Shown: in pieces, positions 18,588 through 25,882 of the stretch
Numbering within the stretch: position 1 is the stretch's first letter
Layout of the letters: each line of letters opens with the position of its first letter
Source: a virus
Lineage: Duplodnaviria; Caudoviricetes
Direction: 5' to 3' (one strand)
DNA: 25,882 nucleotides
Virus record (IMG/VR): IMGVR_UViG_3300025078_000019
Coordinates: 1-25,882 of that record
Position numbers and translations under genes: made by a program
The notes under the pieces: model-generated
The model's input: only the letters and a program-made list of their open reading frames with translations
The model's database searches: none
What the model was told of the DNA's origin: nothing

Positions 18588-21098
18588 CTAACTTAACAGG
18601 AGTATTATGATTAATAAAAATATAACCCAAAGAAAATTAGATTTATTGCTTTTACTTGATTGATTACAAGAAGAAACTGCTACACCACTTTCCTGTCTGT
18701 CTTCTTGAGAACCATTTGCGCCAATATTCTCCTCTAATAAATTGTTTCCTCCACTTTCTCTACCACCAACACTTTCTTCAACAATACTTCCGCCTACTAC
18801 TTCTTCAAACACACTTCTAACACATTGCTGTCCTTGCTCATTTGCAACGCACTCTTGACCAGCAGGACAACTAATAGAATCACATCCACTCCATATACAC
18901 TCGCCTCTTTTACATATCATCCCTTCACCACACTCAATACCTCCACAAATATCTTCTACACACTCACCTGTAATACACACAAGGTCATTAGGACACTCGA
19001 TACCACCACAAAGATCTTCTATACATAAACCATCAACACAACTAGTAAACAATGGACAACTTATCTGTGCGCAAGAAGGAATACACTGCCCACCCCTACA
19101 GAAATCACCTGCTTCACAATTAATACCACTACAAGCATCTGGAATACACTCTACACCATCACAAATACCCCCAGTTTCACATCCTGTATATACACAGCTA
19201 TTAGGTACACACGCTCCCTCCCAACATCTATTACCACTACTTTCACATTCAACACCTTCACAAAGATCAACACACATTAAACTTTGCTCTTCACAAACTT
19301 CACCTCTAACACACTCTACCCCAACACACGGCGGTAAACAGATATTACGCCTCCGATCACATCGATGATCAGCTAAAAAACACTCATCTCTACACACTTC
19401 TCGACATTCTCCTTCAAAACACGCACTATTTTCTCCACAAAGATCACCTTCATCTACAATACCATCACAATCGTTATCTATACCCTCACATCTCTCAATA
19501 GCACTCTCACCACAAAGACCACATGCATTTGCAAACCCCTCATCAATAATCCCATCACAATCATTGTCTATAATATCACATATCTCAATATCTGGCGCAC
19601 GATTCGGCACACATATAACTTCACCATTAATACAACTTTCAATTCCTCTAGCACAAATCCCACCCTGACCAGTTGCGCATAACTGATTCGCTGTACCTCC
19701 ATCTACATAAGCTTCGTCTGTAATTGCATCACAATCATTATCTATACCATCACAAACATCTTCCATTCCATCTGGTACACAGATTAAATCGTCACAAAGA
19801 TCACCTATTTGATCTCCATCATCATCGATCTGATCAGGGTTAGGGACATCAATGCAATTATCACAGGCATCACCCACACCATCCATGTCGAGGTCAGCTT
19901 GATCAGGATTAGCTACTAGAGGACAGTTGTCTTCGGTCGCACAAAGCCCATCTTCATCTTCGTCGAGTAAACAGACACCTCCAAGAGATCTCAAAAGAAT
20001 AAGCAGCGCATAAGAAGTTGCTTGTACACCGTTATGTCCACCCCAACACGAGATATTACCAGCACACCATTTTCCGTTACCACTTTGGTCTTCTGTCAGG
20101 AAGTAAGCATAATCAAAATACCAACGTGCTGACTCTTCTGGAAAACCTACTGAGGCAGGATCTAATGTACCACCAATTTGATCTGAGTAAAGGGCACCCG
20201 CTTGATTACCTATAGAGACTTCAAACGCTTTGGCACTCGCCCACATGTAATAGTAGTAGCTACTATCAGATCCGCCGCGACCTTGATTATTATAGGTATA
20301 ATTAGATTGAAGCCAACTAAGAGCCGACTGAACATTCCCGTCTTCTACCGGTGTACCAGAGAGTAGATAGGTCCATGCACCTGAAGCGCTCATAGCATGA
20401 TCATTATTGCTAGGACTTGAATAACCATGCGACCCATTACCGGATTTAGTACTATTGATAAAACCAAGTGCATTAGGCAGGGTATTATTTGAACCGGGGA
20501 TTACGGTTTCTGCGGCATGTAAGCCCGCCATTGCGAACTGTGTTGTCGACATATCAGCTCGAGGGCTACCTACGTTATATCCAAAACCGCCGCCCGACGC
20601 ATTTTGCAAGGCCTTGAGGTTGTTGACGGCATTTTGAATACCTTGTGTAACGGTTACCCCTGCTCCAACATTATCTGGACCTCCTGTATGTTTATATGTA
20701 CTCATCGCCATTAAACAAGCACCGGTATCATAAGCTTCGGCATTACCATTTTCAATTCCACCGATCGACTGAATACAGTAGCGTATACCGTTACGCACAA
20801 CCTCTTGATCGGCGGGATTCATATTTTGGTAACCTTGAGGTTGAGCATTCCAGTCTGCGCTCGCTCTTTTTTCTAAAAAGCAGAGCACTGCTAAACCGGT
20901 TGGACGTCCCCAACCCCCATTCCCATCTTGATTAGCACGTAACCAACTAATCCCACGATCGATAGATTCATTTACTCTCTCACCAAAAGGAGTAACCAAC
21001 GCTGCCGCTTCAAAAGTAAAAACACCTAAAAAAAAGCTTAAAAAACAAACGAAAGAAACAAGCTTCTTATTAATACTCCTCTTATATTCTCTAAACAT
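18588..21098 (-). CDS. Large secreted/surface protein: alpha/alpha-barrel (prenyltransferase/QW-repeat-like) domain, thrombospondin type-3 repeats, CDGxDNDCDG repeats, Cys-rich repeats, C-terminal membrane anchor
   Basis: Signal peptide ending AAA; [22 protein letters not shown]; [17 protein letters not shown]; three [16 protein letters not shown] repeats; SSC...[13 protein letters not shown] tail. Confidence 0.85.
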   Translation of the reverse strand: MFREYKRSINKKLVSFVCFLSFFLGVFTFEAAALVTPFGERVNESIDRGISWLRANQDGNGGWGRPTGLAVLCFLEKRASADWNAQPQGYQNMNPADQEVVRNGIRYCIQSIGGIENGNAEAYDTGACLMAMSTYKHTGGPDNVGAGVTVTQGIQNAVNNLKALQNASGGGFGYNVGSPRADMSTTQFAMAGLHAAETVIPGSNNTLPNALGFINSTKSGNGSHGYSSPSNNDHAMSASGAWTYLLSGTPVEDGNVQSALSWLQSNYTYNNQGRGGSDSSYYYYMWASAKAFEVSIGNQAGALYSDQIGGTLDPASVGFPEESARWYFDYAYFLTEDQSGNGKWCAGNISCWGGHNGVQATSYALLILLRSLGGVCLLDEDEDGLCATEDNCPLVANPDQADLDMDGVGDACDNCIDVPNPDQIDDDGDQIGDLCDDLICVPDGMEDVCDGIDNDCDAITDEAYVDGGTANQLCATGQGGICARGIESCINGEVICVPNRAPDIEICDIIDNDCDGIIDEGFANACGLCGESAIERCEGIDNDCDGIVDEGDLCGENSACFEGECREVCRDECFLADHRCDRRRNICLPPCVGVECVRGEVCEEQSLMCVDLCEGVECESSGNRCWEGACVPNSCVYTGCETGGICDGVECIPDACSGINCEAGDFCRGGQCIPSCAQISCPLFTSCVDGLCIEDLCGGIECPNDLVCITGECVEDICGGIECGEGMICKRGECIWSGCDSISCPAGQECVANEQGQQCVRSVFEEVVGGSIVEESVGGRESGGNNLLEENIGANGSQEDRQESGVAVSSCNQSSKSNKSNFLWVIFLLIIILLLS

Positions 21099-21308
21099 CT
21101 TACAATAACTCCTGTAGAATCTTTATTATATCTTTACATATTATATCAAGTATGATTAAAAGATTAACTACAAGTTAAAACAAACGTCATGACTCAAGAG
21201 ACGCCCAGCTCGACCAAAATTAATTAAATTTATCGTTTATTACTTTATGCTTTTATTATAAACATAATCTACGTATTTAGTAAAACATCAAAAAAAATTT
21301 TATTCTTC

Positions 21309-21356
21309 CAACTTCCACTTCACCTCGCCATAATCACTTTCCCACACTATTCCCAC
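21309..21356. repeat. 48-bp imperfect copy (43/48) of 22079-22126, near the 3' end of the lipoprotein gene
   Basis: CAACTTCCACTTCACCTC..CA.AATCACT.TCCCAC.CTATTCCCAC at both sites. Confidence 0.9.
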
Positions 21357-21398
21357 GTAATTATACCCAAATGATCAAAACTCACACTACCCCAATAA

Positions 21399-21977
21399 TC
21401 ACCGAACAGAATCTCCTGGTTTACCTGATAAATTGGCTAACGACACATGGAATCTCCTTTGCGGATTCTCTTTCTTCCACAAATTCTCGGGACCTCCAAC
21501 TAATTTCATCACTTTGTTTAAGTACTCTTCAACATCTTTATGATTATCTACCCATGCAACATAAGATATCCTTCCCGTTTCGAGATCTTCTCTTTTTTCC
21601 CAAGTGTCATTCAATTTAATAGACGGCGGCACAATTTCATTACCCTCATCATCTTTTAATTCCGGTACACCATTCTTCGGAAAAAGTGTTTTAAGCGCCT
21701 TTTTGAAAGGTTTTAAAACACTTTGATGAGCTAAAGTAACATGAAGATTTTCTTCCGGTAACAAAATCACAGGCTTCTTAGATACTTCTGTTTCTTTAGG
21801 AAAATCTTCTTGTCCGGTAATATCTCGCGCTTGTTCAATAATCCCGATCGAGTTTATTTTTAAAATTCCAGAAAATTTGACCTTGACCGAGCCGCCAGTT
21901 TGCTCTTCACCCCCACTGCCAGATGAAATTCCCCCTTCTGTTAATATTTCTTGTATGTATTCTCTTAATAGTCTCAT
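21399..21977 (-). CDS. Leader-bearing 2H phosphoesterase
   Basis: Two H-x-T/S motifs, LHVTL and FHVSL; leader MRLLREYIQEILTE then a Gly/Ser linker; GAGGAG RBS. Confidence 0.8.
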   Translation of the reverse strand: MRLLREYIQEILTEGGISSGSGGEEQTGGSVKVKFSGILKINSIGIIEQARDITGQEDFPKETEVSKKPVILLPEENLHVTLAHQSVLKPFKKALKTLFPKNGVPELKDDEGNEIVPPSIKLNDTWEKREDLETGRISYVAWVDNHKDVEEYLNKVMKLVGGPENLWKKENPQRRFHVSLANLSGKPGDSVR

Positions 21978-22048
21978 TTTAACACTCCTCTACTCTTTGT
22001 TCATTATCTATATATTAAACAAAATCTCGAAAAACGTCTTAACACTCA

Positions 22049-22300
22049 TCAACTTCCATCTCCTAACCTACCCAGCCTCAACTTCCACTTCACCTCTTCA
22101 CAATCACTCTCCCACGCTATTCCCACATCCACATCATCACACCCTCCCCACTCTTCAACTCCAATACCCGTACAAGCGCGCACCCTCACTTTTATCGCAT
22201 CACACACCTTCTTCTCACCCAAATTATCAAATCTCTCCCCACCCCAATAATCACCACAACTCAACAAAAAAAATATCAAAAAATAAGCAATTCGACTCAC
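22049..22300 (-). CDS. Small Cys-rich lipoprotein, related to 16248..16493
   Basis: GTG start at 22300 with AAGGGG RBS; SRIAYFLIFFLLSC lipobox; C-x9-C-x10-C-x12-C. Confidence 0.65.
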   Translation of the reverse strand: MSRIAYFLIFFLLSCGDYWGGERFDNLGEKKVCDAIKVRVRACTGIGVEEWGGCDDVDVGIAWESDCEEVKWKLRLGRLGDGS

Positions 22301-22424
22301 AATAAATACCCCTTCAAATAAATCAAATCTACCTATTAACTCAACACCCAAAGATACACCTAAATTCTAAAAAGTTTTCCAATTTTTCTCCCGAAGTTTT
22401 TTTCACAAATTACACAAATTACTT

Positions 22425-22477
22425 CCGCACAAATATAACATATTTTTTTATATTTGTGCGGTCAAGTGTATTATGTT
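22425..22477 (-). promoter_or_regulatory. Hairpin/operator module overlapping a sigma70-like TTGACC box (near-copies at ~23593-23641 and ~25855-25882, the last cut by the window end)
   Basis: Perfect 14-bp inverted repeat CCGCACAAATATAA (22425-22438) / TTATATTTGTGCGG (22448-22461); minus strand TTGACC-N17-TATGTT. Confidence 0.55.
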
Positions 22478-22525
22478 ACGTCTGTGCCTTGAGAGACACC
22501 CAACTCGAGTTAAATCCCACAATAA

Positions 22526-22840
22526 TCAAAAATTAGATCTTCCATCTCTCTCTATTGCAGCATTAATAACAGGCCTAAGCTCCTCCAAATATGCTTCCCT
22601 AGTAATCTCACCTCTCTTAAAGGCTTCTTGCGCACGAATTGCATCGTCATAGCCATCAACCCTATCAGTCTCAAAGCTATGTATCATCAACATCTCCTCT
22701 AACTCTTCTAAACGCACATTACTAACTTCAACTTCACCATACGCCCCATATCCCGTATACTCATCAGACTCGTCGTACGGTAGGTTTTCACTTATTACTC
22801 TTCTTATTACTCTTCTTAATATACTTTCAGTTATTCTCAT
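22526..22840 (-). CDS. MRITES-leader acidic hypothetical protein
   Basis: MRITESILRRVIRRVISE; GAGGA RBS. Confidence 0.8.
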   Translation of the reverse strand: MRITESILRRVIRRVISENLPYDESDEYTGYGAYGEVEVSNVRLEELEEMLMIHSFETDRVDGYDDAIRAQEAFKRGEITREAYLEELRPVINAAIERDGRSNF

Positions 22841-22949
22841 ATTAAATCCTCGTTAAATTATGTTCATAATCTATATATTCAATTAAATCACAAAATAAAA
22901 CTTAACATACATAAACGTCATGACACTAGAGACACCCAGCTCGAGAACT

Positions 22950-23471
22950 CTAGTTTTTATATTTAGCTTTCTTTTTACCATCTTTTGAATACTGTATTTC
23001 GTCGTTCCATCTCCAACTTTCTGCTCCAGATGAAGGACCAAGAACTTTTGTATTAATTAGTTCTTTATCTAATAATACTTCAAAAAGCTTAAGATATAGT
23101 CTTTCAATAAAAAATTCATAATTGTTTTCACTACTAGACTTATTTTTAATTATAGATTTAAGCCACTTAATAGCATTATATTTACCATTTGTATTCTTTT
23201 TAAAATCATTGTTTTTTGCAAACTGGAAGTACTCGTTACAAACTCTTTCAGCCTTCAATCTTTTAACTATACCCGTTCTAGCTTCAATATATTCAGGATA
23301 ATCTTTCGCATGCTTAGCAATATCATTTTTGCCAACTTCACCAATTTTCTTAACAGCTTTTTTAAAGCTTTCTTTCGCACTACTTAAAATCGACTCGTTC
23401 AAATTAATCGATTCATTTTCTGCAATCACACTTCTTATTATTCTTCTTAGTCTACTCTCAGTTATACGCAT
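22950..23471 (-). CDS. MRITES-leader basic hypothetical protein
   Basis: MRITESRLRRIIRSVIAENESINLNE. Confidence 0.8.
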   Translation of the reverse strand: MRITESRLRRIIRSVIAENESINLNESILSSAKESFKKAVKKIGEVGKNDIAKHAKDYPEYIEARTGIVKRLKAERVCNEYFQFAKNNDFKKNTNGKYNAIKWLKSIIKNKSSSENNYEFFIERLYLKLFEVLLDKELINTKVLGPSSGAESWRWNDEIQYSKDGKKKAKYKN

Positions 23472-23689
23472 TCTTAAGTCTCTCTTTTTTCACATATTAT
23501 ATAAATCTATTTATCTCTGAAATGGTAAAAGTTATCCAAAATTTCTCCCGAAGTTTTTTTCGAAAATTCGGTGTATTCAGATGTGTGCTTCACACAAATA
23601 TAATATATTTTTTATATTTGTGCGGTCAAGTGTATTATGTTACGTCTGTGACCCAAGAGACACCCAGCTCAATCAACATTGTTACTACT

Positions 23690-23908
23690 TTATCTATTGG
23701 TACCAAATACATCTTTATTATATAGTTTTTTAAATAAATCTGCACCTTCATAACAAGCTTGATCTAGATCATCTTCGTGATATTTAAGCATTCTAGTCCA
23801 CATCACTTCATTAGGACAACTACCACTGTAACTTAATAAGTCATCTCTAACAATCAACACCCCTAATACATAATCAATATGGATCACGATGTCTTCTATA
23901 CGCATCAT
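23690..23908 (-). CDS. Hypothetical protein (overlaps the upstream gene by 35 nt; start uncertain)
   Basis: 72-aa ORF filling the space up to element B. Confidence 0.45.
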   Translation of the reverse strand: MMRIEDIVIHIDYVLGVLIVRDDLLSYSGSCPNEVMWTRMLKYHEDDLDQACYEGADLFKKLYNKDVFGTNR

Positions 23909-24161
23909 TTATAATTTCATCAGCAAATTTCGCCAAGCCAGCATTTAAACACATTTTTTTATAGTCGATCTCCAAAACTTCAGCATTCTCACTAGTCTGT
24001 TCATTATAGATTCTATTTGCAATCCTGTTAATTAAACTCTCAACTTCATAACCATGTTCTTCTTTTAACTCAGTATAACTCGTTATATGATCATATTTTC
24101 TCGATACCTCTGCCAATATTTGTCTTATCACTCGCCTTAATCTACTCTCAGCTATTCTCAT
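23874..24161 (-). CDS. MRITES-type leader hypothetical protein
   Basis: MRIAESRLRRVIRQILAE. Confidence 0.78.
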   Translation of the reverse strand: MRIAESRLRRVIRQILAEVSRKYDHITSYTELKEEHGYEVESLINRIANRIYNEQTSENAEVLEIDYKKMCLNAGLAKFADEIINDAYRRHRDPY

Positions 24162-24326
24162 ACTTAAAATTCTTTCTATTAATATCTCTAAATATAACTC
24201 TAATTATCAAAAAGTTTTCGAAAATTTCTCGCGAAGTTTTTTTCACTAAAACTGAAAATACTATTTAAAATAAGTGCCGCAAACTTTCATACGTCGTGAC
24301 GCAAGAGATACCCAGCTCGACAAAGA

Positions 24327-25016
24327 TTATCTAGTATATTCGTACCAAGGAAGCTCTTCATCTTTTCTTTTTTGCTCAGCTTTTTTCCTGCGCTTTAAAT
24401 AATCAGCTTGCTGTTTTTCGTTATACCTTCTTATATTACCAGCCTCTTTTCTATCAAATATCTTATGATTATGAGGATTTTGTTCAATTACAAAATAATT
24501 ACTCGTGTCAACCGTTGAATGATTGCCTGGCTTTTCATATATTAAACAAGATAACAACTTATCATTTCCAGATTTTATCACACCAACAATCGCCATCTCT
24601 CCAGATTTCATTTGTTTTAATGCTTTTTTGTCTTTAGCACCAAAATTAACTTTTAACTTTCCATTTTCTATTAGCAAACCAACAGTCGCTGTAAACATTA
24701 AATTAAGTCTTGACATCTCATCAGCATCTGCAGCAGGTACGCTTGATATGTTAGAAAGAATAGATGTTAACTCGCCCTCAGAAATTCCTCTATCTTGAAA
24801 TTTAGTTAAATTATATACAACACTATCGTTACTATTTATATCAACATGAGAAATACCAAAGTCGCTTAGACATTCATATGAAATCTTTGATAAACTTCTT
24901 TTTTTAATTTTTTCTGTTGCTTCCACCCAATCAGAATACCAACTATGTGATCCACCATCACTTTCTTTTATTACTTGACGAATTATCTTTCTTAGCTTGC
25001 TCTCAGTTATTCTCAT
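24327..25016 (-). CDS. MRITES-leader hypothetical protein
   Basis: MRITESKLRKIIRQVIKE; AAGG RBS. Confidence 0.82.
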   Translation of the reverse strand: MRITESKLRKIIRQVIKESDGGSHSWYSDWVEATEKIKKRSLSKISYECLSDFGISHVDINSNDSVVYNLTKFQDRGISEGELTSILSNISSVPAADADEMSRLNLMFTATVGLLIENGKLKVNFGAKDKKALKQMKSGEMAIVGVIKSGNDKLLSCLIYEKPGNHSTVDTSNYFVIEQNPHNHKIFDRKEAGNIRRYNEKQQADYLKRRKKAEQKRKDEELPWYEYTR

Positions 25017-25185
25017 ATTTAAAACCTTACTTTGAAAATATTATATAATTCTATTTATCACTTAAAATGTCAAAAGTTTTCGAAAATTTCTCCCGAAGTT
25101 TTTTGACCAAAACTGAAATATTACTTTTTATAAAAAGCGCCGCAAACGTCTTTTACGTCTGTGACTCAAGAGACACACAGCTCGA

Positions 25186-25692
25186 CTAAAAACCTATCGC
25201 TTTTATAGCTTTCTTGTTAGACATTTTCTCAAATGCACGAAATACCAAACTGTACTTCTTTTTCAGATCAGGACTTTTCTCAAATAGTGCCAAAACTTCT
25301 TTCATTATTTCATCACCAGCTTCACCCATTTTTTCGAACTTTTCAATATAATCTGATAGTATATTCTGCCCACCAAAAGGATTTGCTCTAAGCTTTTTTA
25401 CTAACTCGTCTTGCTCTTTTTGCAAATTTCCTACTCCTTCAATTTCTAAATCAGCTTTACTTTCTTTGCTCTGAGTCTGACTAATAGTATCATTCATTTG
25501 ACTTATAAAACCTTTGGCATTTGCTGTACCACTTAACGCTAACATCACTAATCCTATCGCAGCACCTTTACTAACTTTACCAGACAAATCTTGCAAAACA
25601 CCTTCAACTATCAATGACTCGTTTAAAATGTTATTACTCTTCATCAACTCTTCACTTATTATTCTTCTCAATCTACTCTCAGTTATACGCAT
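25186..25692 (-). CDS. MRITES-leader protein with internal signal-peptide-like segment
   Basis: MRITESRLRRIISEE...LIVE then KVSKGAAIGLVMLALSGTANA. Confidence 0.82.
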   Translation of the reverse strand: MRITESRLRRIISEELMKSNNILNESLIVEGVLQDLSGKVSKGAAIGLVMLALSGTANAKGFISQMNDTISQTQSKESKADLEIEGVGNLQKEQDELVKKLRANPFGGQNILSDYIEKFEKMGEAGDEIMKEVLALFEKSPDLKKKYSLVFRAFEKMSNKKAIKAIGF

Positions 25693-25882
25693 CTTTCAAT
25701 CTCTCTTTCTTGTATTATAAATATATATCAAAAAGTTATCCAAAAACTCTCCCGAAATTTTTTTGACAAAATCGATAATTTCTCTTTCTCAACTGAAAAA
25801 CTATTTGGTACACAATTCTCACTTTACACACGATATATCCAGATGTGTTCTTTCACACAAATATATTATATTTTTTTATATT

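Larger units (their letters stand above)
377..25058 (-). promoter_or_regulatory. Recurrent phage (late-type) promoter-like motif ATA(A/T/C)(A/T)TAG
   Basis: At 377-384, 2853-2860, 12051-12058, 18562-18569, 22008-22015, 22871-22878, 23507-23514, 24200-24207, 25051-25058; always 30-39 nt upstream of a minus-strand start codon. Confidence 0.65.
21184..25185. repeat. Dispersed 30-31 bp element B, consensus ACGTC(TG/A)TGACnCAAGAGACACCCAGCTCGA, 6 copies
   Basis: Copies at 21184-21213, 22478-22508, 22915-22944, 23642-23672, 24291-24320, 25155-25185; all intergenic, same orientation. Confidence 0.95.
22370..25764. repeat. Dispersed ~34 bp element A, consensus AAAAGTTWTCSAAAATTTCTCCCGAAGTTTTTTT, 5 copies
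   Basis: Copies at 22370-22403, 23527-23560, 24210-24243, 25072-25104, 25731-25764; each 39-70 nt upstream of a minus-strand start. Confidence 0.92.

Noticed and set aside
20555-20563. CAGCTCGA inside the large gene resembling the end of element B
   Set aside because: Only 8 nt, within coding sequence, rest of the element absent.
15526-22126. Diversity-generating retroelement template/variable repeat pairs
   Set aside because: One pair is identical, the other's five mismatches are not all at adenines on either strand, the repeats are short, and there is no reverse transcriptase in the window.
23522-23725. 67-aa plus-strand ORF across a repeat spacer
   Set aside because: Runs through elements A, hairpin and B; I saw no equivalent ORF listed in the other spacers.
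21184-25185. Element B as a CRISPR repeat
   Set aside because: Repeat length fits, but the intervals are 0.4-1.3 kb of whole genes and no cas genes are present.
21184-25185. Element B as a classical integron attC or rho-independent terminator
   Set aside because: No RYYYAAC/GTTRRRY ends, too short for attC, weak stem and no U-tract on the transcribed strand.
1-25882. Alternative genetic code (stop reassignment)
   Set aside because: Genes are full length and tightly packed under the standard code, with TAA, TAG and TGA all used as stops.

Overview
AT-rich, gene-dense segment, mostly on the minus strand, that reads as part of a large (jumbo-type) dsDNA phage genome. It has no rRNA, tRNA, CRISPR array, integrase or transposase that I can see. 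The left half (1-12.4 kb) carries fibre/virion-like genes, PIN-PhoH, a stand-alone sigma70 region-4 protein, an Hc1-like protein, a degenerate chaperonin-like protein, a Nudix hydrolase, a DinG/XPD helicase, a Cys-rich peptide + class III cyclase + 2-TM operon, and a T5orf172/GIY-YIG gene. The right half (12.4-25.9 kb) is an accessory region of unrelated proteins (lysozyme, HExxH peptidase, GNAT-like, kinase-like, 2H phosphoesterase, unknowns) that share a short N-terminal leader ending in (I/L)-x-E, e.g. MRITESRLRRIIRSVIAE. This resembles the capsid-targeting sequence of T4 internal proteins. From about 21.2 kb these genes form a cassette-like array separated by a modular intergenic repeat: a 30-31 bp element just after stop codons (6 copies), a ~34 bp element before starts (5 copies) and a hairpin module. 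Three leader proteins hide an intact-looking Sec or lipoprotein signal peptide behind the leader. At two sites (possibly three), genes are bracketed by a duplicated 3' end of the upstream gene, like an integration scar. My best candidate for a new system is an exchangeable array of virion-packaged, injected effectors. All functional assignments come from motif recognition by eye; no searches were run.
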